A stretch of DNA of 62,263 nt, filler included, from Porpidia crustulata (GCA_964255105.1; 4 parts of 4 records of this genome joined end to end with filler, not necessarily neighbours in it); one strand, 5' to 3'; numbered from the whole stretch's first letter, positions 37,738 through 50,212 are shown. Numbers and translations are program-made. The notes: generated from the letters alone by a model not told the origin.

Positions 37738-38455
37738 CCTGATCTTTGATAAGGAGCTTTCAAAATAGGATAGCAAAATTACCTCAGGAATAGGTACGTA
37801 TAGAAGACTTTAGTATCGCGATGATAGGAACGCCAGGGACCTCCCTGCCCTGTGCGACTACTAGGCGAGTAATGCTGGTCATACTACTTACAGTGCATTG
37901 CGCGTCAACCTAAAGCATACAAAATCAGTCGCATCCTGCGCCCTACATCTGGAAGTCTCGCGGATGAATGTAAATGGACAGGATATGCAAGTCACCGACA
38001 GCCTTATCTACTGCGGTACGGCCCTTAGGGATTATGTTTAGTTAGTAAGGCGGCGCAAGGCCGGGGGGAAGCAGGCGAGATGGTGCCATCCCCCAAGTCC
38101 CACTCCCTGCTTCTGAATCTGTACTAACGGAAAGTGGGGGCCGTATCGTGGTAGAAAGGAGGTGCAAGGGAACATCTAATTCGTCACAAGCCGCTCGCTC
38201 GCCTCGCAGTCAAACCTGCAGGTCAGGTCCCAACTTCTCTGCAAGTTAGCAGAGCGCTGATTGCGGGGGCTAGACTGATAAACGAACTTGCAGCGCGCCA
38301 CAATTATCGTCGTGATGCACACATGTTACTTGCTGGGGCTACTTCCGATCTGTCGTTCTGCCAAATCGATCGAGTCTAGCTGAATGCGTGCGTTTGTGCT
38401 CATTATTGACTTCACCACCTCTCCTCGATGTTCTAGATAACTGCTCTTAGCTGTG

Positions 38456-39917
38456 ATGGATTCTATCCTCGAAAGACGACGCGTAGTCATCAGTGACGAT
38501 AATCTAGGTCCTGTCGTGAGCATTGTGTCCATCTTTCTGCTGATATCGGTCCTGCTTACGGTGCTCACACGACTTTCCACTCGATATTTTCTCAGGAGAC
38601 AGCTCAGTCTCGAAGATGGTCTGGTCTTCCTGGCTGCGGTAAGAAGCTCTCGATGTAGCTTTTGTACGCACACTGACTGTCATGCACAGGTATTCAGCAT
38701 TGGAGAACTTGTGAAAGTCCTTGGGTTAGATGGCAACGGACTCGGGTCTCCCATCCAGACATTGAGCAAAGACAAATTAGATCAGTTCCAGCAATACTTT
38801 TACGCCACCGATGTGCTCTATGTCCTCAATCTCGGGCTCACAGAGATCTCGGTGCTGCTTCTCATTCACAGTCTGACGCCAGTGAAAGGCCAGAAGGGTG
38901 CTGTATTGATAGTTCTTGGGTTTACAGCCTTATGGACCATTGGCAGCGTCTTTGCTCTACTCTTTCAATGCCATGTACCGCGGACCTGGCAATTCATTAA
39001 TAGTCAATGTATCAATAGGGTGAGTTGCAGCAGGAGGAAGTGCTCTGAATGGTTCTGATAAACTCCACAGACTGCTTTTTGGGACTTTTATACCGCTATT
39101 CACGTCATCACTGAGCTCGCATTGATCATACTTCCAATTGCCGTATTATGGAAAATCAGGCTGTCGAGGGGAAAGAAGTCGCTCGTCCTATTTCCCTTTT
39201 CACTTCGTATCCTGTGAGCAGATTGAACCTGGTGCGAAACTTCAGCCACGAAGACTAACATTAACATCACAGTGTCATCATTCCCGCCATTGCTCAGCTC
39301 GCATATTTCGTACCTGCAAACACCTCCAACGATCCCACCTTCGATCTCTGGCCCTCTGTCTTCTGCGCACAGATTACGCAGACTGTCAGCATCATCACCG
39401 CATGCCTCCTCCAACTCAAACCCTTCCTCAAGTCCCTCGACTCCGGTCTCCTCCACAACGACGACGGCAAACGGCGTCGTCGCCAAGACTCCCGAAGCGC
39501 GTCCGGCTATCGTTCCCTATCTTACAACAACAACGGCAAAGCACCGAATCGGAACAATCGTGACAAGTCCGATGCGCAGGCCTTGACGTACGAGAGCAGG
39601 AAAGAGCCGTCTGCGGGTGCGCGGGATTCTTGGGGTCACTACGAGGAAGACATGATCGAGTAAGCTCTTCGGAGAAGCAAACCGCCCCAGGTTCCAGGGG
39701 TAGGTGGGTCAGAAGTAAGCGCTAACAAGGAACCAGAGGTGCGGGTGGAAAGGGCACTACTACGCTTTCGGCTTCTTGTCGGACACTACTTGCAAGGGGT
39801 CGTGGTATCAATCAAACGACGAGCATCGCGGTGGAGTACTCGAACAGAGACGGCAGCGAGCCGCACGATCTTGGTATCGAGCGCGAAATATGGCGGGATA
39901 GAAACACTCAAGATTAG
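38456..39917 (+). CDS. PTH11-like (fungal rhodopsin-domain) integral membrane protein without CFEM
   Basis: About seven hydrophobic segments; LTRLSTR...EDGLV; GNGLG; FQCHVPRTWQFINSQCINR; ELALIILP; IITACLLQLKPFLKSL; hydrophilic tail. Confidence 0.8.
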
Positions 39918-41138
39918 ATTTGCTTATATTTCTTTCCCTGTAAGCTAGCGATTTGATACCTTTGACGTTACGATCGATGACGGTTAGCCTTGCGACGAAT
40001 AGCCAAATTTCTACTTCACATAAGGGGGGGCGAATGAATGGCTAGCAACAGCAACGATGGGGGGCAGAAGGCAGAGTTTCTCCTTTCCGTCCTTCTTCAA
40101 TGGTGGACAGCTCTTGACAACCTGGACAACGGGCCGGCACGACGCGGAGGTTTGCTTGTCGTTTGGTACTCCATCATCATAGGTTCGATTCCGATTGGCG
40201 CTGCTACAGTGTGGAGTGGTTTTTTTGGCAGCGCCAATATCCATGTTCAATTCAAGTCCGCTGCGGGGAGAGGGGGCGCTGGCATGTGCTAGAGGGTGTT
40301 TTTTATCTCTTGGATTTTTATTGGCGCTGGTACGGTGGTGCAGTCGTATTTTCCGACCGCTGGGGGTGTTCAAAGTCGTTGGACCGCTTAAGCGAGTCAG
40401 CCCTATTGAACCGGTCCAGTGACTTGACCCAACAGTGAGGAGCGGATCGTCCCGGATGGCGTCAACCTATAGTTTCAAGCCATCGCCTAGGTATCCATCA
40501 AACTCGTTTGAGCAAAGTAATCAGCTGTAAAACAAGAATTGCGGCACCGACCTTTCTACCGAAGGAAATTAATTTGAGATAAGATTTCCCGTTAATCGAT
40601 GGTGTTATATGCCGATCGTTATCTCTGGACCAGAATGCAGATGTAAACAGGGATGAACACCGATCAGCCGATCAACCGAGGTATTAGCGTGCAGGACGAG
40701 TCTCGGCGTTTTAAGAATGAGCGTTTGTGAGTTGTCGATGCGCTGCATTAGCACCAAGTCATCTTATCCCTAAAGCTAGTGTTGCAAAGACGACTGACTT
40801 AGTGCAAAATCGATGTTACCAGACAGGACGCGGCTTGTGAAGAGATTTAAGAAATGCAGACAGAATCCTCGCTGGACTTTCTGGTAGCTGGTCTCTCTCA
40901 AGTTCTGGATGAACTTTTGCACATGCTTTGACCGAAGTTCGTGGTAAATAACCACCTCTTGTGCATACCCAAAAGAGCTATGGTTGTCTCACATACCGTT
41001 TGAAGCATTACCCTCAAAAGATCCAAAAAGGGAGACCCTGTAGGCACTTTCAAAACACAAGATCCGGAGAATGGATACGGAAAGAAAGAGCCAAAGAATA
41101 TTATCGCAGAAGACGTATCTGATCGTACATATGCTCAC

Positions 41139-41602
41139 GACCAGGATAACCCATTCAACTGGTTTTAAAAGCGGAAATGGATAGCTGTAGCAATTATTTC
41201 GTGCATGATACTCTTTAGGTAAGGTCGGTGGGAGGGTTATCGAGTCGAATACCGACAAGATGCTAGTTTCATCGCAATAATGGCTTGCACACCAGCTGTC
41301 CCGCAGATTCTGAACGATTTTCAGGCTCAAAATCCGTCCTACTCCGTCTTACTTATCAGTATTAGGGAGCTTGAAGAGTCTCGGTCTCAAGCTGAGCACT
41401 TCTTGTTGACTCATTTCTGGATTATGCAGCTTCGGCAATTGGAGCAGGTTCTATTCTCATGTCGTTGTGCGGAGCTCTGATACCTTGAACTGGCCGCCAT
41501 TGTATGCCAGGCTTGGCCAAGGGTGGGGGAATTCTATTCTCGGTGTTATAGCCTTAGAATTGACACCCCTACTACTAGTCTTCGTGAGACTTAGTGAACG
41601 GG
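41139..41602 (+). pseudogene. DHA1-family MFS drug/H+ antiporter relic with large internal deletion
   Basis: DQDNPFNWF*KRKWIAVAIISC (stop at 41166-41168), then PAVPQILNDF...SYSVLLISI (N-terminal helices), then almost directly the C-terminal PPLYARLGQGWGNSILGVIAL...RLSER. Confidence 0.75.
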
Positions 41603-42468
41603 GTCGATTCTTTAATGTACACGCTTCATTCACTGCTTGGTATCGATTGGTCGATCGATGGATAGTCAGCAGGTTCCAAGAATTAATGAGGCTGACGAGC
41701 GCATGCTTGCACCAAACACACTGAGCAGAAAGCTGTTAGGGCACGAATGTGGGTGATTCTAGCAGCAAGCCACCTTTCATACTAAGGCGCTAACGATAAT
41801 ACGCCCGAGCCTTGTCGTTATTTTCGCTTAGTGTACACTAAGTGACTACACGTAATAAGAGCGCTTATTTAAAGTAATTATAAGATTTTGATTAAGAATG
41901 CTAAAAGTGTTACGAATTTGCCTGATATGCCTTATGCAGTACATATTAGATACATGAACTAAAGCTATCGACTTATGTAGTACTTCGCCTTTTGGGGCAT
42001 CTCGGCTTCCTAAATCGGATATAAATGTACCCCCGATCGCGGTCGTAGCAGAAAGCGCTCTGAGCGTCAAAAGCAGAATGCCGCGTTCTCGAATTTGCGC
42101 AGTGATTGGTCCATTCAAAAAAACCAAGCGAAGGGTGAAACGCTCAGTGAGGAATGATACTTGTCGAAGACGACGATGCGGACTGACAGCAACGAGACTA
42201 CTCTGACAAGGGGGTTTGTTACACACCTTCATTGGCGAGGGATCTTGTGAGCTCGGTAGGTGAATCCAAGTACCGTGTTGGTTTTCACCTACCCTAGGCC
42301 TGATCTCTCTTCCCGCATAAGTGTATTCGGACTTCTCATCCTCGCCAGCAGAATCAATTAAAAAGAAAATATTAAAAAGCTGCCATTGTGTTCTCTGAAT
42401 TTATATAAGTTCCGTGTGGTTTTCGCAAAGTGCCACTCGCGATCAGATCATCTGTTCTATTAAAAGGC

Positions 42469-45400
42469 ATGACTGAGTATACAGCTACAGGAGTTTCAGA
42501 GCCGCGAGCGCAGAGCCTTCTCTACTCGGAGCGCCAATTTCAACTAGAGATTCAAGTTAAAGGAGGCCAAACACATGTCCTTGCTCGAATTGCTTGGGCG
42601 ATCTTATCGGCTACTTATTCGACAGATGGTGAGGTCTCTGTGGATTTTTTGAATCCTAGAGAGCCACACAATATTGTTCAATTTCGTTGCTATTTGGATG
42701 CCGGGTCTTCAGTGCAAGATGTTTTCGACCAGCTTCAAGAGAAGCTTGACAGTGGTAACGGCGACCAAGTTTTTGGTACAAATACTCCCAACGTCGTGCA
42801 GGAGCCCACCGAAGTCAACTCCGGTCTTCCAATGACCCTGATTACAGAGAAGATTGATGCTACAGTCCACAGGCTTATTCTGCAGGGCGACTATGTCTTG
42901 GCTATTGCTTTAGAAGCAAGTGGGGTTGATAATGAAAAACTACTTCTCAAAGCTTGTTACAGCGACAAGTTGGATAAGCTAGATCTGGATCTTCTTCAAA
43001 CAAGAATCAGAGATTTGATCTCTCAGTTCCATGACGAAATGGATCGAAAAATACAGCACTTGAATCTCATAACCGCGTTCGATAGAAAATACCTGAAAAC
43101 TTTGAACGAGTCCATGCCGCCTACGGTACATACTTTTGCGCACGAGTTGATCGAGCTCCAGGCTAGATTATATCCTCGTAACGAAGCTGTATGTGCGTGG
43201 GACGGAAGTCTCACATACGAAGAGCTTGATCGGCGTGCAGTCTATCTGGCCAAGAACCTCATTCAACGAGGCGTAACTTTGGGAAGTTGGGTACCTTTGC
43301 TGTTTGAGAAGTCAAAATGGCATATCGTCTCAATGTTAGCAGTGAGAAAACTCTGATAACTTCCGATTAAAGATGCAAGACTGACAAAGGAATACATAGG
43401 TACTTAAGGCAGGCGCCGCTTTTGTCGCGCTGGATGTTACAATGCCCGTTGGTCGTATTTCAATCATTTTAAAACAGCTTGAGAACATACCTCTAGTCTT
43501 GGCTTCCGAAACTCAACACGAGAAGTTCCAAGGACTTGAGGATCAGGTAGTCATCTTCGATAAAGAATTGACAAGTACAGACACCCCAGGCGTCTCTCTA
43601 CCGAAGTCAGGGGTTGAAAATGGTATTCAGTACGACCATCCTGCTTATGTGATTTTCACATCTGGCTCAACAGGTAAACTTCCTGCAATGATCATTTGAC
43701 ATATATTCATCCTGGAATGGTCAAGATCGAGGATCACTCAAATATAGACGCTGATCCCTGCTTAGGAATTCCCAAGGGAGCTGTGATAGAGCACCGGAAC
43801 CTTTCCACAAGCATGAAAGCGCTCAATGATCAGCTGGCTGCCACCTATGAAATGCGTTCTTTTCAGCTGACAACATTGAACCTCGATTTCTGTATATCCG
43901 AAATCTTTTGTCCGTTGCTCTGCGGTGGTTGTGTATGCATACCTTCAGAATGGTCCCGCTTCAATGACATTGCTGGTGCTGTGGATAGTCTGGACGCAAA
44001 TTTTATGAGTCTCTCACCGACTCTTCTGTCTACAAATGTCAGTAAAAGACTTTCCTAAGCTGAAGACTATCTTGCTGGCAGGAGAGCGCGTATGGAAGAA
44101 TCTTACAGACCTCTGGGCGGGCTCTGGAAAAAGAGTGCTACATATGTATGGACCCACAGAATGTACGGTCGGTTGTTGCTTTTTGGATCCCGATATTCGG
44201 CCTCATTACACTGGATTAATCGGATATCCTTATGGCAGCAAGTTTTGGATCATTGATCCTCAGAATAGTGAGCATCTGAAGCCCATAGGAGCTCCAGGTG
44301 AGATCCTCGTGGAGGGGCCAATTGTGGGTAGATGTTACCTTGCAGACCCGGTGAAAACAAGACAGACTTTTATTGACCCACCGAGCTGGTTTTCGAGTAT
44401 CTGCCAACGAAAACCCATTCGCTTCTACAAAACTGGAGATCTCGGTCGGTTGACCAAGAATGGCGACTATGAAATTGTTGGCCGCAAAGATAGTCAAGTA
44501 AGTCCATGGCTTTTGCCCACGTCTCAACCCTCTAAGACTCTTTTTCCGAAAACACGGATTTAGCTTATATAATCCAGGTAAAAATTCGAGGGTGGCGAAT
44601 TGAGGTTTTGGAGGTTGAACATCAGATCCGAATAGCGTATGGGTCCAACATTGGCGTAGCAGTCGAAGTTCGCAATCCTACGCTCGTTCCTGGACAAGAG
44701 ATGCTCATTGCATTCTTGGAGCTTCAGAACTACAGGGACGATAAAGGATCAGCCAGCATAGATATTCTTTGGGAGGAACTCGCGTCCAGCGAGACACCGT
44801 TTTCGAAAATGGTCGGTCAAGTCAACATGATACTGCGGAGATTCTTGCCCAGCTACATGATGCCATCAGCATATATACCAATCCGAACACTCCCAATGAC
44901 AAATGTATTCAAACTGAATAGGAGAAAGTTGAGAGTATTAGCAAATACCCTGGCAATCTCGGATATCAAAAATGCAACTTCCGGTCGTCAATGCAAAAAA
45001 ATAGACCGACCATTATCAAGAGATGAGGAGACACTCCGCGAGATTTGGGCAGAAGTACTTCAGATTGCTCCTGATAGCGTTCACATTCAGGACGATTTCT
45101 TTCACATCGGAGGTGACTCGCTGAAGGCAATGGCCGTAGTCAGCGCAGCCAGGCGGCAAGGCATTAAATTATCGGTAGCTAAGCTGTACCAATTCCGGAA
45201 CATTATAGTATTGACGCAAAACTCTGGCGAAGAAATATCTGATGAACCAGAAGATCGACCGTTGTCTCTCCTTGATGCTGCTGATGGTCCACGTATCCAG
45301 GAAATGGCAGCCCAGCAGTGCAGCATCGACCCTGACTTGATCCAAGATATTATGCCAATTACTGACATGCAGTACTTTTATCTCAACAGTCAAGTGCGCC

Positions 45401-46575
45401 AGCCTCATAGTTGGATGAGTACGATCGCATTTGATTTGCCTTCGAGCCTTGACGTCGAAAGAGTGAAGCGTGCATGGGAGCAGTTGATGGCATACCACCC
45501 GATCACAAGGACACGATTCGTCAATCTTTCAATAGGCATTTTCCAGGTCATTTTGAAGTCTGAAACCCTCTCCTGGAGTTCTGGATCAGATTTCAATGAG
45601 TTGTTGAAAGCTCTAGATGCAAGGATTCGGGGATTCGGGTTTCCCCCCCACGCAAGCGCGTTACTTGTCAGCAAAGATCAAACGCCTTCTCGTTTGATCT
45701 GGTACGCCAACCACGGAATGTTAGATCAGCTGATGAATGAAATCCTCAGCCAAGATCTCGCAATCTTGTGCGGTAATGAGAGTTGCTCTCTTCCGAGAAG
45801 ACCAGCATTCAAGCGCGTCATACAGCACCGTCTCGACTCCGATAGAAAGAGCTCGCAGGCCTTTTGGCTCTCGCATCTAAGCGGTGCAGAGTATAAGGCT
45901 TTATTCAAAGATGACCAAATAGCCATTGCGCTAGCAAACAACAAACTGTCCCAGGAAGTCGACCTGATAGTCCCAGCATGGCTCAAAGTATCGGAATACA
46001 CAATGGCAATGACGGCCCTTGCCCTGGCTCTGACGAGCGTCACCGGCGTCGACGACCTTCCCTTTTTCCTGATCCGATCCGGCCGCGTCTCGGGAATGCC
46101 AGGCAGCGAGGACGTCGTAGGACCGCTGCTCACGCGAGCGCCTCTGCGCGTCTCAGTCAACCGAGACAGCCGAATCGCAGACATGCTCCGGGACGTGAAC
46201 CGCGACTTCGAGAACTCCGGCAAACACGAAATCGTGCGCCACGAGGACTTTGAGAGCGTGTCGCCCGAAGCGGCCGCGCACCTCAAGCACGGACTCAATG
46301 TCAATTTCACGCCGCCTTCTTCGGGCCTGACGCTCGGTTCTGATGCGATGATCCCCGTCAACAGCGATTTCCGAGACGGACTCGCGGAGCGGAATCGGAT
46401 CTTGGGGGTCTCTGGGAAGATTTCCCGGGGGAAGATACGGATGGATGTGATATATGAAGAGGATTCGATACCGCGAAGGACGAGTCGGAAACTGTTGGAT
46501 GAGTGGCGGGCGATGCTGGAGGTTTTGAACGGGTTGGAGCCGGAGATGACAGTAGGCGGCGTTCTGCATGCTTGA
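42469..46575 (+). CDS. Monomodular NRPS (partial C)-A-T-C with one +1 frameshift (pseudogene or sequence error)
   Basis: A domain: LTYEELD, AYVIFTSGST|GIPKG, LAGE, MYGPTE, GEILVEGP, FYKTGDL, GRKDSQ|VKIRG, LPSYMMP. T domain: DDFFHIGGDSL. Terminal C domain with NHGMLD and VVGP. Introns at 43342-43399, 43674-43765 and ~44497-44577; extra A at 44034-44036. Confidence 0.9.
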
Positions 46576-46701
46576 AGCTGGAACGGTAGGTTCGGAATGT
46601 TTGTCTTGAGACTTGGGACTTTTCTAGACCTGCGAACCCGGGAATTGGGAACTCTGTTTGACCGAGAGGGGGTGTCAGCTGGCTAATAAGAACATCCCTA
46701 C

Positions 46702-46801
46702 NNNNNNNNNNNNNNNNNNNNNNNNNNNNNNNNNNNNNNNNNNNNTTAATTAATTAANNNNNNNNNNNNNNNNNNNNNNNNNNNNNNNNNNNNNNNNNNN
46801 N
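46702..46801. other. Artificial contig-joining spacer
   Basis: 44 N + TTAATTAATTAA + 44 N. Confidence 0.98.
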
Positions 46802-47859
46802 GGGTTAGTGGTATGGGAGGATGGACGGGAGTGATAGGGGTAAATCACCTTCTTTCTTCTGGCGTTGCACCTTCGACTTTTCGCCGTACGTCTAATATTA
46901 AGCCTGAGAGTCTTTCTAGGGATACGTCTTCCCTGGGATTCAGGGGCCCAAAAACTTCCTTCACAGCCGATTCGACTTTCTCCATGACGTCTCTCCATCC
47001 TCGGTGAAGGAGCCACCAACTGAACGTCAGGAATTTGCGGTTGGTCTCAAAGTCATTGCCGTAAGTCTGCTCGTCGTTATCGTCGTCATGATTTTCCAGG
47101 CTGATTGTTGGGTCCTGCGGTGGGTGTGAAGCCAAGGAGACCACGCTGGATAGATAGTTCCGTCGGCCGAGAAGGTTGAGTTGGATGCGTGTGAGGAGTG
47201 TAAGAAGGGAGAGTGTGTAAAGAAGGGTAAAGGATCTTGTTATCGCTGGACCGGGATTAACATGTTGCGCTTGGAAACTTGAGAAAGTCATGTTGCTCAC
47301 AGCTTATCTTTAGGTCATTCCATAATTGAGCTTTAGTCTTCGGAGGCTTTGACGAGCTAGAATCCCCACTCCCAGAGCTCGATGCAGCCATTTGGCTTGC
47401 ATGCACATAGCTCTCACTCTGGAAGCTTGCCAGACTCTTGCCATCCTCATCCGTCACACTTGGAGGCCCAGAAGACATTTCGGACGGTGTACCTCCGCTC
47501 CTCCCCAATCTCTCCGCCTTCTTTTGCTGCAAGTCATGGGTGATAGTTTCGACGGGTAGAGCGTCTATAATATTGTCTGTTGCCGTAGGGAGTAGAGCGA
47601 GGACCGTGAAGGTACAATCCTCTTGGTTTTGTTGGAAGCGCCGGCGCAAGCTAGCTAGGATCAGCATCGGACTGTTCACAGCATTGAAAGAGTTGGAATA
47701 CTTGTCCTTTGCTATACGATCACTGTTCATACGCTCCCGAGCTTCTGTGATCTTGGAGAGAGCATATTGACCTGCGACATATCCCACCCCTAGCACTCCA
47801 ACACCAATTGCGAAGTTGGTTTGATTTCGCCGAAGCCACCTTCGAGTAGCGGATATCAT
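46802..47859 (-). CDS. PEX3: Peroxin-3 (5' part, truncated at contig end)
   Basis: MISATRRWLRRN...GVGVLGVGY; NLRRRFQQNQEDCTFTVLALLP; KAQLWNDLKI; TRIQLNLLGRRNY; FLTFSWWLLHRGW. Confidence 0.95.
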
Positions 47860-48198
47860 TGTGCAGTCTCCAGAGTCTCTATTCTTTTTACTCGATAGCC
47901 TCAATACTTGAAAGAGATCCTTATATTTCTGTCGAAGGAGCGTGCCTCGGCAATACTCAATGACGCTTCTGGCGCGCTGGCTCGCCTTACGGGGCGTGAT
48001 CCTTCTGATCCCTGCATGTCGGCATGTGGCTGGAATGCCGACTAGCGCATGTTCCCATAGCGGGGTGTTTTCGAGAACAGATAGTGGTGCCAAAGACTCT
48101 TTCCATTTCTTTTGCTCGATAAGGTCTCTCTCCACGTACAAACTCCGTCATGTTGCGTTTCCAGAGTCGCCTATGATTCAGCTCTATATCGAAAGGCT

Positions 48199-48892
48199 AT
48201 GGATCAAAGGAGACCGCCGGAATATATCCTTGAAGTTTTTGCTGACCCCACATGCGTGAAGGACATTGTTCGAGGTGCGCATCACCTCTGGGTTCATTCA
48301 GAGATACTGATACTGATAATTACAGGCATATTGCATGCGATCTTCTTTCACCGCTACTTTCCTCCACTCCGACCATCTTCCCGTGAAGTCCTCGACCTCA
48401 CTCTTCCCTTTGTGACAGATCCGGAGCTGGAAACTCTGATCGACACCCGAGTCGGACAGCTTGTCCGACAGCTCTCATCAGCCTCGTCGCCCAAAAGCGT
48501 TCGAGGTCAGCTTGCTGTACAGTTCTTTGAAAAGAGAAGGAGAAAGGGTGGAGGTCTGGGCTGGTTCACAGGTGCTGGCAAGGCGGAGGAAGAGGTTTGC
48601 TGGGAGGTATGGTGCTTGGAAATAACACTCGCAACGCCAAGAACTGAAGCTGGTACTTCTTGCTCCTCTGGTGCTAATCAGAGAATGTGCTGACGTTGTC
48701 ATAGAACGCACAAAAGTAATAAAAGCCATGGGCTCGAATTTGCAGAGAACAGCGATGAAGATTGTAACAATCGTCAATCGAGACAAAGATCACATACCGC
48801 CCATTACAACCAGCGAGACGAATCCTTTTCCCTATCAAATTGTGCTCAACCCACGGTTGGAAGGTTGGGGTAAGAGTATCGGTATTTTCTGA
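48199..48892 (+). CDS. ATG101: Autophagy-related protein 101 (HORMA domain), 3 exons
   Basis: ILHAIFFHR; VQFFEKRRRK...WF (WF finger); CWEVW; IVNRDKDHIPPI...PFPY. Confidence 0.88.
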
Positions 48893-49321
48893 ATTGACGT
48901 TAGATAAGAGTTCAGCGTTGCAATCTTTGATGATGGATAAACGGATACGTGGGTGCGAGTAATCACTAGTTGGATTAGATTCTTCCTGCAATTTGATGGC
49001 ACCTTGGACGGAGTTATAGGATAAAGTGATGTATTTGTAGGATAGGCAAGCTATTGCATGTTGCTGTAGAAAATAATACTTCGTGTAAACAGAGTGCAGT
49101 ATGCGGAAAACATCACTGTCTGCTTCAGACAGCGCGGTAACGAGTCGGACAAGTAGTTCTTTATTAACAGATAGAACCGCTGCCAACGTCCATCAACCAT
49201 CCTCCGAAATTCCGAGATCGCGCACCCCATCGACTCTTCACAAGCTGAAATGAACCTGTCCCATTGTGCTAACGGCATATGGCGTCTTGTGGCACACATG
49301 TTTCATTCAAAACAAAGCCTC

Positions 49322-50212
49322 TTACATAGCATGAGGTTTGGTTGCTTGGTCTGCCTGAGAGCGAAGGTTGGCCGCGGTTGAGCCGCTGTGGGAAAAGTAG
49401 CGGGAAAAGACAGGCTGAATCAAGGAGCGGAATACGATTTGAGCGCCACTATTTGATTCATTAATCCCTTCGTCTACTATGTATAGCCATGTTCTAGTGC
49501 AACGTACCCAGTTTGGGGAAGCGCCATCCACAAGACAAGGACAAACTTGAATGTGTAGTAGAATGCTGGAGAAAGTTAGCGTAGAAGCGGGCATACGCAT
49601 GCAGTGCCAAACATACGGAACCAGTACACCGCATTGACCATGCTCTCAAACACAGTCAGAAAAGCGTACACAACCCAATACTGCAATGATATCAGTCACG
49701 TGTTCGACGGTAAATTTCTTCCCTGATCACGCGAGCTCGACTCACAGTCAACCACTATCACGAATGTCAGCATATTGCTACATAGAGAACTCCAGACCAG
49801 CAGTACACGCTGGTTTGGCTGGTCTCGGAGATATAATTTCGAGGATGCCTTACCTGAGTATCATCTGTTTTGCTGGCGCTGAACAAGGCCTCTAGGGAAT
49901 AATACCCCGGAACGATGAAGCCCGCGAAGTTGACAAGGAACTCGCCAGCAATGTTGAAGAAGATGAGGAAGAAGTAGATCCCGACGAGTCCGAGGAAAGC
50001 GTAGACTTTCGGTACAGAGGTTTGTTTCTCAAAGTTGTTGAGTACTGGATACTTGGACAGCTGGGCAAGATCTAGTTAGTACTTTTGGAGGACTCGGCGT
50101 AGTAATCGTAATGGAGCAGGCCACTCCATAAGATACTAGGGATGGGATTCCCTGAACACACCTCCTTATCAATCTGGCCGATCTGATGCTGTGTTCGGTC
50201 TTGGAACGACAT
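49322..50212 (-). CDS. YOP1: ER-shaping protein Yop1 (REEP/DP1/HVA22 family), 6 exons
   Basis: IDKE|LSKYPVLNNFEKQTSVPKVY; PGYYSLEALFS...DDTQ|WLT|YWVVYAF; WF|PFYYTFK; GAQIVF. Confidence 0.93.

Noticed and set aside
40038..40400. Hydrophobic ORF fragments between the PTH11-like gene and the MFS relic
   Set aside because: Possibly a membrane-protein remnant, but no identifiable motif.
47860..48198. Apparent N-terminal extensions of PEX3 and ATG101 (also GEM1) in the ORF track
   Set aside because: They come from non-ATG starts and read-through of UTRs or introns; the conserved proteins begin at 47859, 48199 and 16537.
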